Source of the DNA: Planctomycetota bacterium
Lineage (GTDB): Bacteria; Planctomycetota; SZUA-567; H5-PLA8
DNA length: 64,000 nt
NCBI GenBank assembly: GCA_038227045.1
Contig: JBBRQD010000006.1
Coordinates: 34,754-98,753, forward strand
Direction: 5' to 3'
Shown here piece by piece: positions 19,298-28,753 of this stretch. The translations under genes were made by a program, and so were the position numbers. The notes beneath the pieces were generated by a model. The model did not search any database. It saw only the letters and a list, made by a program, of their open reading frames with translations, and was not told where the DNA came from. The number at the start of each line of letters is the position of its first letter. Position 1 is the first letter of the stretch.

Positions 19298-20212
19298 TCA
19301 TCCGCGCGGATGAAACTGCCGATGGACGCCCAGCAGCCGCTTGGCGTCCACGTGCGTATAGAGTTCTGTTGTCGTGACATCGGCGTGGCCCAGCATTTCC
19401 TGCACGGCGCGCAGATTCGCGCCGCCTTCGAGCAGGTGCGTGGCAAAGCTGTGACGCAGCGTATGCGGGCTGTATTTTCCGGCAAGGCCCGCGGCGCGGC
19501 CGTGCTTTTTGACCAGCGCCCAGACGTCCTCGCGCGCCATCGGCCGGCCGCCTTTGCTCAGGAAAAGCTTGCCGCCGTCTTTCGTGCCGCTCCAGCCTGG
19601 GCGTACGTGGACGAAATACGCCCGGATCGCGTCGAGTGCCGGGCGGCCGACCGGAATGATGCGCGTCTTGTCGCCTTTTCCGGTGACGCGCACGGTGGCC
19701 TCTTCGAAATTCAAGCCGTCAACGCGCAAGCCGCACAGTTCGCTGACGCGCATGCCGGTGGCGTAAAGCAATTCCACAATGGCGCTGTCGCGCAGCGGAA
19801 TCCTGCGCCGCCCCGTCCGTTCCATGGCTGCGGCCGGCGCTTGCGTGAGGGCCTGGGCGTTTTCTTGAGACAAAACGTGCGGCAGGCGCTTCCATTGTTT
19901 GGGCCGCTCGGCGTTGACCCCGGGATCGCGCTGCAGAGTTCCCTCGGAGACCAGGAATTTCAGAAAACTCTTCGCCGCCGCCAAGCTGCGTGCCGCAGAC
20001 GAACTTTTGTACGTCTGCTTTTGAGCCAGAAATCCGGTGAACGCACAGACCGTGTCGGGAGTGACCGCCGCCGCCGAACCCTCGCCACAGGCTTGGCAAT
20101 GCTCGGCAAATAGCTTCAAATCGCGGGCGTAGGACTCCAGCGTATTGGCGGAATAACCGCGCTCGACCACGATGTAGTCGAGAAAGGATTTGACGTCGGC
20201 GTCGAAACTCAT
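19298..20212 (-). CDS. xerD: site-specific tyrosine recombinase XerD/XerC
   Basis: Canonical N-terminus (F.DYL.VERG.S.NTL.SY..DL) and C-terminal catalytic R...HxxR...Y (HTLRHSFATHLL...LYTHV). Confidence 0.85.
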   Translation of the reverse strand: MSFDADVKSFLDYIVVERGYSANTLESYARDLKLFAEHCQACGEGSAAAVTPDTVCAFTGFLAQKQTYKSSSAARSLAAAKSFLKFLVSEGTLQRDPGVNAERPKQWKRLPHVLSQENAQALTQAPAAAMERTGRRRIPLRDSAIVELLYATGMRVSELCGLRVDGLNFEEATVRVTGKGDKTRIIPVGRPALDAIRAYFVHVRPGWSGTKDGGKLFLSKGGRPMAREDVWALVKKHGRAAGLAGKYSPHTLRHSFATHLLEGGANLRAVQEMLGHADVTTTELYTHVDAKRLLGVHRQFHPRG

Positions 20213-20524
20213 GGCATTCCATCTATCGGCTGACCCGGCGTCAAATCTTACATTTTTGTGCGGTCTTTCACTTTTGATGGTGCCGCGAAATCAAATCGCT
20301 AGAATAGAATATTCAATGAATGATCGGGCGCACCAGAATTCGCAGTCTAAATGATGCCTGCCGAGGCAAAGGAAGATTAATGGTAAGAAAAAGTCCAATT
20401 GTGCAAGCCACTTGCGATAGATCGAAAATAGCGCTGAAAAATGCGGGCATTTCGCCCTGTTTTCGCAGCGGTGCGAATTGGATTCCAAGCGTTGAGAAAA
20501 TTGAATTGTTGAGCGGGTCGAGCC

Positions 20525-21120
20525 ATGAATGACAGCATTGAATCCTATCGCAAATATATCGGCCTGGTTGATGCCGAAGTTGATGCATTGCGGGAAGCCC
20601 GTCCGCATATCGAACTGCATGCCGAGGCGTTTATTGAATGTTTCTATGCGCACCTGAAAGCCTTTGAGGGAACGCAGGCGTTCTTGAAAGAGGACGTCCT
20701 TCATAGGCTGCTGACCGCCCAGCTTATTATTTGTTGAGCCTGTTTGACGCAAAATTCGACGGATTATATCTGCAGAAGCGCCGTTCCATTGGACAAACGC
20801 ATTTCCGCATTGGACTCGACTTCAAGTGGTACGTGGGTGCGTACGCCTTGTATCTCGATTACTTTGTGCCCGTCTTGAATAGCATATTCGAGAAAGACGA
20901 AATAAAGTGCGAGACGGCACAATCTGCGTTTCGCAAAGCCGTCCTGATGGACATGTCCATCGTGCTGGACGCGTACAACGAATGCGGTAGGGCGGAATTG
21001 GAGGCACTCAGGACGCAGGTGCTTCATCAGGAAAAACGGGCCACGATCGGGCCGCTCGCCAACGGGCTGGCGCATGAGATCGGCAACGTTGCCCATAGTA
21101 CCAAAGGGGTTTCTTTTTGA
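20525..21120 (+). pseudogene. globin-coupled sensor (protoglobin domain plus histidine-kinase H-box), frameshifted near 20730 and truncated after the H-box
   Basis: Frame-2 ORF 20525-20737 and frame-1 ORF 20731-21120 read together as a sensor globin (LHRLLTAQLI / LFDAKFDGLY...SIGQTHFRIGLDFKWYVGAY) followed by LANGLAHEIGN (HisKA H-box) and then a stop; no ATPase domain follows; local GC is lower than in neighbouring genes. Confidence 0.55.
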
Positions 21121-21245
21121 CGCCCCGTTGGTTCTGAAAACCTTTCACCCCATCGCCTCGAACTCTTTCTCTGCTATAGATGTTTCCGGAAATCCCGCTA
21201 AAATGCCGGTCGTAATTTCATTGAGACGCGAAAGGCATTGACGCA

Positions 21246-22502
21246 ATGGCCCGTAAGGGAGCGACGACGTTTGAGGAACTGGCCGTTGAAAACGGCCTGG
21301 TGACCGAAATGCAGGTTCAGGAGTGCCTCGCGGCGCAGTCGAAGGCACAGGCCGAGAACGCCGACGGCACGGCGACCGACACGATCGAAGCGATCATGCT
21401 GGCCAAGAGCTTCATGACCGAAGATCAGGTGCGCGCGGTGAAAACCGCGCTCGGGCGCCTGCAACGCGACGAGGAAAAAGGCGACGCGCTGCGCATCGGC
21501 AACTACGAGATCATCGGCAAGATCGGCGATGGCGGGCTGGGCACCGTGTACAAGGCGCGCCAGATTTCCATGTCGCGCGAAGTTGCCGTCAAAGTGCTCC
21601 ATAAAAAATGGCTCGGCGACGAGGAATTCAAGAAGCGCTTCCTGCTCGAAGCGCGCCTCGCCGGCCGCCTCAGCCACCAGAATTTGATCCAGGTCTACGA
21701 CGTCGGGCGCGACCGCGGCGTGTATTATTTTTCGATGGAATTCATCGATGGCGAGACCGTCGAGGACATGATCGACCGCGTCGGGCCGCTGGACGTGCCG
21801 GACGCCATGGACATCGTGATCCAGATCATGCAGGCGATCAATTACATCAAGCAGTGGGACATCGTCCACCGTGACATCAAGCCCGGCAACATGATGATGA
21901 CGCGGAAATTGCAGGTGAAGCTCGGCGACTTCGGCTTCGTCAAATCGAAGCTCGACCCGGTGATTTCGACGGAAGGCGAAGTGCTCGGCACGCCCGATTA
22001 CATTTCGCCCGAACAGGCGATGGGCAACGACAACATCGACTGGCGTTCCGACCAATATTCGCTGGGCTGCTCGCTGTACCACATGCTCACCGGCAAGCCG
22101 CCCTACGAAGGCTCGGGCAGTTCGGTGATGCGCCAGCACATTCGCTCGGAACTGCCCGATCCGCGCACGATCAACCCGAAGATCACCGATCCGGTCATGA
22201 CCATTCTGGAACGGATGATGGCCAAGAATTCGGTCGACCGTTTTCAGGACGCGGCTCAGCTCATCGAAGATCTCGAATTGGTCAAGATGGGCCAGAACCC
22301 CTCGAACAAACCGCTGGACGCAGGGAAATCGACGATTATCCGCACCATCAACAGAGCGCAGGAACGCGTCGAAAAAGCCAAGACCGAAATCGAAGTGCTG
22401 CGCGAAGAAATCCGGCGCATGAGAATGTACGTGATCGTCGCCTGCATCGTCGCCGCCACGATGTTGATTGTCGCGGTGCTGGAATTTTTAATGAGGAAAT
22501 GA
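21246..22502 (+). CDS. Ser/Thr protein kinase with GspE-N/MshEN-like N-terminal domain and C-terminal TM helix
   Basis: GxGxxG-like loop (IGDGGLGTVY), VAVK, HRDIKPGN, DFG, and SPEQ (APE equivalent); C-terminal hydrophobic helix. Confidence 0.85.
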   Translation: MARKGATTFEELAVENGLVTEMQVQECLAAQSKAQAENADGTATDTIEAIMLAKSFMTEDQVRAVKTALGRLQRDEEKGDALRIGNYEIIGKIGDGGLGTVYKARQISMSREVAVKVLHKKWLGDEEFKKRFLLEARLAGRLSHQNLIQVYDVGRDRGVYYFSMEFIDGETVEDMIDRVGPLDVPDAMDIVIQIMQAINYIKQWDIVHRDIKPGNMMMTRKLQVKLGDFGFVKSKLDPVISTEGEVLGTPDYISPEQAMGNDNIDWRSDQYSLGCSLYHMLTGKPPYEGSGSSVMRQHIRSELPDPRTINPKITDPVMTILERMMAKNSVDRFQDAAQLIEDLELVKMGQNPSNKPLDAGKSTIIRTINRAQERVEKAKTEIEVLREEIRRMRMYVIVACIVAATMLIVAVLEFLMRK

Positions 22503-22545
22503 CACCGTAGGGTGGGCTGCCAGCCCGTCCTACAGAAGCTTTTCA

Positions 22546-23874
22546 ATGCCCTTCGCGCGCGTCAAAAATCTTCTGCTTCACATCCTTCTCTGGCCCTTCC
22601 GCACACTGATGCGTTTGACGCCCGACGGACTGCTCTTCGCCGCGCTGGCGGTGATGTGCGGCATGCTCTCGCTCGGGTCCAATAGTTGGTCCAATATTCC
22701 GCTGATCATCGCGCTGGTGTTGATCGCATTGTGGACCCTGTCGCTGTGGCATGGCTCGCGTGCGTTGAAAGCGGTATCGTTTCGCCGCCGCAGCGTTGAA
22801 CATATCTTTTCCGGCGAGCCGCTCACCGTCACCGTCCAGCTCACCAACGCGTCCCAGTGGCCCGTCGCGGGACTGTTTGTGGCCGAGGACGTGACACAGG
22901 AAAGCCATACCGCGACGGACGGCATCGCACAAGCAAACAGCCCGAATCGGCGCCCCGCCGCCGTGATTGCCGCGCACGGCAGCGCGTTTGTCATGGCGCT
23001 CGCGGGAAAAGAGTCGGGCCGCGCGACGTACACTCTCGCGCTGCGCAAGCGGGGCGTGTACACATTCGCGTCGTCGCGTCTCGAGACCGTCTACCCGCTC
23101 GGTTTTTTCCGCAGCGTGTCGCCGCGCCGCGCGCCGGGCAGGCTGATCGTCTATCCGCGGTTGGGCGAAGTGAATCCGTCATTGTTCGAGGACATCGAGC
23201 GTTCGATGGAAGCCATGCGCCGCGCCCGGCCCTCGCGTGCGGAAGAAGAATTTCGCGGATTGCGCGAGTACCGCAGAGAAGACAATCCGCGTTGGATTCA
23301 TTGGCGCGTGTCCGCGCGCGCCGGCGAATTGCTGGTGCGCGAGTTCGAGGAGCCGATGTCCAAGCGCGTGCTGCTGCTGCTCGACACCAATTTGCGCGGG
23401 ATGGGTCCGCGGCGATTTGCGGCGTTTGAGAACGCGATCTCATTCACCGCGACGGCCGTGCGCGAATTCGCGCGGCGCGGCATTGAAGTCGAATGCCTGG
23501 CACTTCAGCCGCAGGGCCGGGTGGCGCGCGTCTCCGTCAGCCGGGCGCGGCGAAATCTGGACACGCTGTTGGAAATGCTGGCCGTCATGCGCCGCGACGA
23601 TTCTCGGGCCTTGGATGCGCTGGTCGATTCCGTGCCGAGGCGTAGTTTGCATGGCGCGTTCGTGCTGGTGGCCGGGTTGGGCTCGTTGCGATCCGAAAAC
23701 TCGCTGAAGTGGCTGAACGCCGGAGACAACGCCGTGCGAATTCTGGACGCGCGAAGCGACGAATTCGCCCGGGTCTTTCGGCGCAATGTCGGCGGCACCG
23801 CCATCGACCGCGCCGCCGACGAGGACATGCTGATGAGCCTCGGAGACGACGAACTCGAGAGCGTCGAAGTGTAG
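22546..23874 (+). CDS. DUF58 domain membrane protein
   Basis: N-terminal 2 TM; REYRREDNPRWIHWRVSARAGELLVREFEE matches the DUF58 core motif. Confidence 0.7.
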   Translation: MPFARVKNLLLHILLWPFRTLMRLTPDGLLFAALAVMCGMLSLGSNSWSNIPLIIALVLIALWTLSLWHGSRALKAVSFRRRSVEHIFSGEPLTVTVQLTNASQWPVAGLFVAEDVTQESHTATDGIAQANSPNRRPAAVIAAHGSAFVMALAGKESGRATYTLALRKRGVYTFASSRLETVYPLGFFRSVSPRRAPGRLIVYPRLGEVNPSLFEDIERSMEAMRRARPSRAEEEFRGLREYRREDNPRWIHWRVSARAGELLVREFEEPMSKRVLLLLDTNLRGMGPRRFAAFENAISFTATAVREFARRGIEVECLALQPQGRVARVSVSRARRNLDTLLEMLAVMRRDDSRALDALVDSVPRRSLHGAFVLVAGLGSLRSENSLKWLNAGDNAVRILDARSDEFARVFRRNVGGTAIDRAADEDMLMSLGDDELESVEV

Positions 23875-23896
23875 TAGAGCCGAATGAATTTCGGCT

Positions 23897-25996
23897 CTAC
23901 TCCGCCGACCTTAGAATCACATTATCAATCGCACACCCGCACTGGCGCGCTTGAAACGAAATCGTGCCCTTTTGAGCCGAGATCCCGCGAATGACGAGTG
24001 TCGCGGCGGGCTTTCCGTTGAGTGTCAACGCCACGTTATCGCCGTCAACGCTGATATCGACGCGAGCAGGTTCCGCATTCCATTTCACCGCGGGACTTTT
24101 TGCGCCGGTCTTGTCTTCTAGCGTGGCTTCGGTGGCCGAGAACAAGAGCACCACCGCCTGCTTTTCGTTTCCCAGTTCGCAAGTAAAAATCCAACCGGCG
24201 TCGGGTTTGCGAATCTCGAATTCAAATGACACGCGGGCCTTGCCGAGCGGAAACGGGCCGCCGATACCCGCGAGCTTCAAAAATGTCTCGCCGCCGTCGG
24301 CGGTTTCGAGAACGTACTTGCCGTCCTGGGTCAGCCAGCTTCCGGAAACGGCCTCCCAATCGGTCTGCTGGCGCCAGCCGTTGAAATCGTAGAGATGCAG
24401 GTTCTTCGAATTGACCAACAGCCCGGCCAGCGTTGCCGCGCTGGGAATATTTCCCGGCTTCTTGAGCGCGACTTCGGAGGCGGCGCGCGCGGCGTCCAAG
24501 CGTCCCAGGACGCTCCATAGGCACGCCAATTCTTCGTCGTTGCGGGAGAGGCCGAGTGCGTCGAGCGTGTTGATGAAATCCCTGGTTTCGACGCTCTTGA
24601 AACTGAACGACAGATCCGCCTGTCCGGCGCGAATACGGCCCTGAAGTCCATTCAGGCTCACCAGCGCACCCTCAATTTTTTTCGCCGCGAGGAACAGTCG
24701 GACGGGTTCTCCGGCGGCGGCTTTCGCCGCGCGCGCCGCTTCGACTTTTTCCAGGAAACCGGTCGCCACAATGAGTTGAATATGCAGCGTGTCGATGTCA
24801 CCGGCCCAGCGCGTGCCGGCCAGTGCCCCAATGACGCTCTCAAAGGCCGCGCGCGCTTCGCCGATTTGTCCTCGCGCAACCGCGTCCAGGGCTTTCGCCT
24901 TGGCGCGCTCGGCGACTTGAGCGGTCTCGGCGTCGATGCGTTCGAGCATTTCGCGGGCCTTCGCGCCAAAAGGGCCGGCGGGATCGTTCGAAATCAAGTT
25001 CGTGCAGCGCTGGGAGACGAGATGAAAATGTTTCGCGGTGAGCGCCTCGCGTGCCTGGCCCAGCGTCATTTCAAATGCGGCGGTTGCGACTTTGGCGGTT
25101 TCGTCCAATTCGCGCCGGGCGAGGCGCGCGCTTTCATCCTGTATTTGCGCAGGTGGCACCGCGATAAGAAAAGATTGCAGCGCCGCCTTGGCGCCGAGAA
25201 GATTGCCGCTGCCCAACGCGCGGTCGCGTGCCGCGAGCGCCGCTTTGAGCTGGTCGTCCAGCGAAACGCGCGGCGGTTCGGGCTTTTCGGGTATTGGGAT
25301 TGGCTCCTCCACCGGTACGGGTACGTCGGGCTTGGGAACAGGAACAGGTTCCACGGCGACCGGTTTTTCTCTTTCGCGCGTCGATTCTGAAGGCCGGGTC
25401 GCGATCACTGTTGACGGCTCTGGCTCCGGCTGCGACCGCGGCATGTTTAAATACAGATATCCGGCCGCACCCACAACCACGAAGCTGGCGAGAAACACTG
25501 CGATATGGGACTTCTCTTCGCTGCGCGCCGGCTGCCGTGCGGGTCGCTGAACTTTGGCCGGCGCACTCTCGACACGGGTGATTTCCGGCACTGTTGCAGG
25601 ATTGGCGCTCGGGCGAAACGATTCCGGCAGCGCGCTATCCGGGATAATGGCGTTCACATTGCTCGAGATCGATGCAACCAGCACTTTCGTATCGCCTATT
25701 TTTTCGGCGGAATCCTGTTCGCTATAAACAATCGTCGTCGCGCCGATTGTTATAGAGTCGTTGTGCCGAAGCTGCCGGGAGGAGACACGCAGCCCATTGA
25801 CTTGCACGCCATTGGCGCTGTTCAGGTCTTCGATAAACGCCTGCCCGCGCTCGAGCCGCACGGTGCAGTGCATGCGCGAGGCCTTCTCTTCGGCGAGTTG
25901 AATCGCGTTGCTCTCGTGCCGCCCGATCGACAGCGTGCCGCTCAGTTCGTACTCGCGCACGACGAGGTTTTCACCAATAACGATTAACGTGGGCAT
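23897..25996 (-). CDS. FHA-domain protein with TM helix, Pro-rich linker and large C-terminal region ending in a beta-sandwich-like (DUF1080/LamG-like) domain
   Basis: N-terminal FHA signature (GR...ND..L....VSR.H, ...NGV.VNG); single TM; PVPVPKPDVPVPV linker. Confidence 0.75.
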   Translation of the reverse strand: MPTLIVIGENLVVREYELSGTLSIGRHESNAIQLAEEKASRMHCTVRLERGQAFIEDLNSANGVQVNGLRVSSRQLRHNDSITIGATTIVYSEQDSAEKIGDTKVLVASISSNVNAIIPDSALPESFRPSANPATVPEITRVESAPAKVQRPARQPARSEEKSHIAVFLASFVVVGAAGYLYLNMPRSQPEPEPSTVIATRPSESTREREKPVAVEPVPVPKPDVPVPVEEPIPIPEKPEPPRVSLDDQLKAALAARDRALGSGNLLGAKAALQSFLIAVPPAQIQDESARLARRELDETAKVATAAFEMTLGQAREALTAKHFHLVSQRCTNLISNDPAGPFGAKAREMLERIDAETAQVAERAKAKALDAVARGQIGEARAAFESVIGALAGTRWAGDIDTLHIQLIVATGFLEKVEAARAAKAAAGEPVRLFLAAKKIEGALVSLNGLQGRIRAGQADLSFSFKSVETRDFINTLDALGLSRNDEELACLWSVLGRLDAARAASEVALKKPGNIPSAATLAGLLVNSKNLHLYDFNGWRQQTDWEAVSGSWLTQDGKYVLETADGGETFLKLAGIGGPFPLGKARVSFEFEIRKPDAGWIFTCELGNEKQAVVLLFSATEATLEDKTGAKSPAVKWNAEPARVDISVDGDNVALTLNGKPAATLVIRGISAQKGTISFQARQCGCAIDNVILRSAE

Positions 25997-26137
25997 AAAG
26001 ACGATTCCAGAAATTCAATAATCCGTACTACAGGCGTCCCGCCTGCCAGTAACATGATCGCGCTGAGGGGTCCAATCCATACGAAAACGAACTGTGTGTA
26101 TGCAAATAATCCTACATTTATTTATCGGCTGGTTAAC

Positions 26138-26800
26138 CTACTCTTTCCCCGCCGCTCTGCGCTCCAACGCTTCCTTCCAGCTTGCCGCGAGCGGAGGCAG
26201 CGCCGCCAGTTCGCGCGCGGCTGCGTAATCCTTCCGTCGGTGATGCATGACCTCGTTGGCCTCCGTGATCGTCCACTTTGGATGCGGGCGCTCGATCCGC
26301 CTGAAGACATCGCCGGCCGTCAAATTGCCTTGTTTCAGCACGCGAAAGTACCAGCCGGTCATGCCGTTTTTTTCAATGCGCCGCACGAGATCCGGCGTGC
26401 GCCAGCGGCGCGCGAGCGTTCCGCACGGCTGGCGGGGCTGCGAAATCTGCAGCACGGCGTCGCCCACTTCGAAGATGTCGCCGACACACACATCCGCCTC
26501 GATCGCGTCACGAATCGTCAGGTTTTCGCCGAATGAGCCGAACGCCATCGCGTCGAGCCCCAGTTCGTTCGTCCAGTGCGGATAGTGTGCGAGGCAATAC
26601 GCGTTAAGCGCTTTGTCAGGCCCGCCGTGAAAGCGCCGGTCGGCCTGTCCGTCTCCGCGCAAACCAATCTTCGTCGCCCAAACCGGCCCCTCCACCGTCT
26701 CTTTAAATATGGCCGTGGTCCACTCGCTCGTGCGCCCATTCTTGGCGTCAAGATCGTGATAGGTCTGCGGCAAGCCAATTTGAATAGCTGCGATTTTCAT
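26138..26800 (-). CDS. MOSC domain protein (YiiM-like)
   Basis: 220 aa; GDxxxENL-like motif (GSFGENLTI) and conserved QPRQPC cysteine of MOSC domains. Confidence 0.75.
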   Translation of the reverse strand: MKIAAIQIGLPQTYHDLDAKNGRTSEWTTAIFKETVEGPVWATKIGLRGDGQADRRFHGGPDKALNAYCLAHYPHWTNELGLDAMAFGSFGENLTIRDAIEADVCVGDIFEVGDAVLQISQPRQPCGTLARRWRTPDLVRRIEKNGMTGWYFRVLKQGNLTAGDVFRRIERPHPKWTITEANEVMHHRRKDYAAARELAALPPLAASWKEALERRAAGKE

Positions 26801-26815
26801 GGAAATTCCGCGTTA

Positions 26816-26863
26816 TTGTGGTGCGGGCTTCCAGCCTGTGCAGGCAGGAAGCCCGCACCACAA
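26816..26863. repeat. family-1 palindromic repeat element, copy B (short form)
   Basis: ttgtggtgcgggcttcc agcctgtgcaggc aggaagcccgcaccacaa with perfect 17-bp arms; in the divergent intergenic region between the MOSC and tusA-like genes. Confidence 0.8.
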
Positions 26864-26909
26864 TTCCATTCTACTTTAAAAAGCGCTGGCGCCAGTTTAA
26901 GATGCAGCC

Positions 26910-27242
26910 ATGAACGACGCAACTCCGCTGAAGAAATCCGAACACGAACCGTTTCATCTCCGCCAGCTCGACGACGACGGCCAGCCCTTCGTGGTCTCCG
27001 TACATTTGGACGTGCGCGGCCTGACCTGTCCTATGCCGGCGCTCAAGAGCCTTGAGATCAGCCACACGCTGCCGGCGGGCGGCGTGCTCGAAGTGGTTGG
27101 CGACTGGCCCGGCTCAAAATTCGAAGTCCCATTCGCGATCACGGGAAAACCGGGATTCGAAATTGTGCGCATCGTCGAAAGCGATCTGCCCGACGACGAA
27201 ACGTGGTGGATTTATGTCAGGCGAACACCCGTTGGCCCCTAA
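26910..27242 (+). CDS. TusA-like sulfurtransferase-family protein
   Basis: LDVRGLTCPMP contains the CPxP motif of TusA/SirA proteins. Confidence 0.65.
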   Translation: MNDATPLKKSEHEPFHLRQLDDDGQPFVVSVHLDVRGLTCPMPALKSLEISHTLPAGGVLEVVGDWPGSKFEVPFAITGKPGFEIVRIVESDLPDDETWWIYVRRTPVGP

Positions 27243-27276
27243 CCCCTGTTTTTCTTCTTTCGGTGTATAGATTGAC

Positions 27277-28173
27277 ATGCTGACCGACGTTCCCGAATTC
27301 ACCCCCAGGCGGCCGCCCGTCGTAGTTATCTCGCGCGTTCCGCCGGACGAGGCTGCCAAGTTGCAGCCCAAATTCGACGAACTCTGTACGGAACTGGCGG
27401 CGTTGAATGTCGCCTATACCGCTGTCGATTCGATCTACGATTTGCAAGCCGACGACGACGGCGCGGCGTTTCTGCGCTCAATTAAGAGCGATCTGATTTG
27501 TATTGCGTGGCACTATCCGCGCGCCACGAAATGGGTGCTCGCGCGCCAGGATCTTGAAGTGAACGGACGCGCGCGCAAATTGCATTGCGTCGATGCGCGC
27601 GAGGGCGCGCCCGCGGCACTCGCGCAAAAAACACTCGACATCTTAAAGGGAACCGCGAGCGCGGTCGTCGATCCGCCGGAACGCAAAGACCCGCCGCCCA
27701 AGTCCTTCCTCACGCCAAAAGAACGCGGTGCGCTCGCCGAAAACCAATTGCCGCCGCCGCTGAACGCCGACCTCTCGCCGCGCTGGTATCCGGTGATCGA
27801 TTACGACACCTGCACCAATTGCATGGACTGCATGGATTTCTGCCTCTTCGGCGTGTATGGCGTCGATGCCGAAGCGACGTTGCGCGTGGTTCAGCAGGAC
27901 CAGTGCCGCCAGGATTGCCCAGCCTGTTCGCGCGTCTGCCCGGTCGGAGCGATCATGTTTCCGAAGTATCAGACGAATCAGGCCATCGCCGGCGCAATCG
28001 GCGGGGATCGCGGCGAAATAAAACTGGATCTTTCGAAAATATTCGGAAAACCAAAGGGCCGGCATCAAGCCGCGCTCGAACGCGACCGCGAACTGCTCAA
28101 GGCAGGCCGCAAACCCGTCGGTGCCGACAAAGTCGAAAAGCTCGCCGACGCGTTCGAAAAGCTGGATATTTAA
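27277..28173 (+). CDS. 4Fe-4S dicluster (ferredoxin-type) domain protein with unknown N-terminal domain
   Basis: Two Cys clusters CTNCMDCMDFC and CRQDCPACSRVCP in the C-terminal third. Confidence 0.65.
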   Translation: MLTDVPEFTPRRPPVVVISRVPPDEAAKLQPKFDELCTELAALNVAYTAVDSIYDLQADDDGAAFLRSIKSDLICIAWHYPRATKWVLARQDLEVNGRARKLHCVDAREGAPAALAQKTLDILKGTASAVVDPPERKDPPPKSFLTPKERGALAENQLPPPLNADLSPRWYPVIDYDTCTNCMDCMDFCLFGVYGVDAEATLRVVQQDQCRQDCPACSRVCPVGAIMFPKYQTNQAIAGAIGGDRGEIKLDLSKIFGKPKGRHQAALERDRELLKAGRKPVGADKVEKLADAFEKLDI

Positions 28174-28358
28174 AGAGCCGCGACCGCCCATACACATTCT
28201 TAAGGATGCGCTAAGAATCCACGTGAGCCGCCCGAAATAATGCCATAGCGGAATGCTCTAATCGTTACTTGTAAAGCGCTTAGCACCATGTATGCTGAAT
28301 CGGTTGTTCATTTGGCTGGCTCAGAGCCGGCCATGGCTTGTTTTTTCGGAAGCATTCA

Positions 28359-28730
28359 ATGCGGCGACGGCTGCTGATTATCACCAAAGACCCCGAATTC
28401 GACATGCGTGGCGAGGTCGTCCTGGGGCAATGCGAGCCATTCACTTCGGGATGGAGCATGTATTTGATATATCCCGACCGCAAGAAGGAAACCCTTGTCA
28501 CGGGTACGTACTCCGACCTGCGCAAGATTCAGGAAAGCTGTATCGGAATCGACGATCCGGAGGCGGTTCGCAAATGTGTAATGGATACACGCACGATTCT
28601 GATCAAATCGGTCTCTGAAACGGTCATGCTTGAAGCCGTCAAGTTCGGTTCATCCTCAGCCGATCATGAACCCACAAAAGAACTCGAACCGCACCAAAAG
28701 ACCGATTACATCACCGGCGAGCCGTCGTAA
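28359..28730 (+). CDS. hypothetical small protein in a lower-GC patch
   Basis: 124-130-aa ORF with no recognisable motif; region 28180-28740 is visibly less GC-rich than its neighbours. Confidence 0.35.
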   Translation: MRRRLLIITKDPEFDMRGEVVLGQCEPFTSGWSMYLIYPDRKKETLVTGTYSDLRKIQESCIGIDDPEAVRKCVMDTRTILIKSVSETVMLEAVKFGSSSADHEPTKELEPHQKTDYITGEPS

Positions 28731-28753
28731 ACGAACCCAATGCTCGCAACGCT

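Noticed and set aside
19298-20212. Tyrosine recombinase as a marker of an integrated mobile element
   Set aside because: The N-terminus and overall sequence look like housekeeping XerD/XerC. No att-like direct repeats, phage or transposon genes flank it. The adjacent lower-GC globin remnant is the only hint of foreign DNA.
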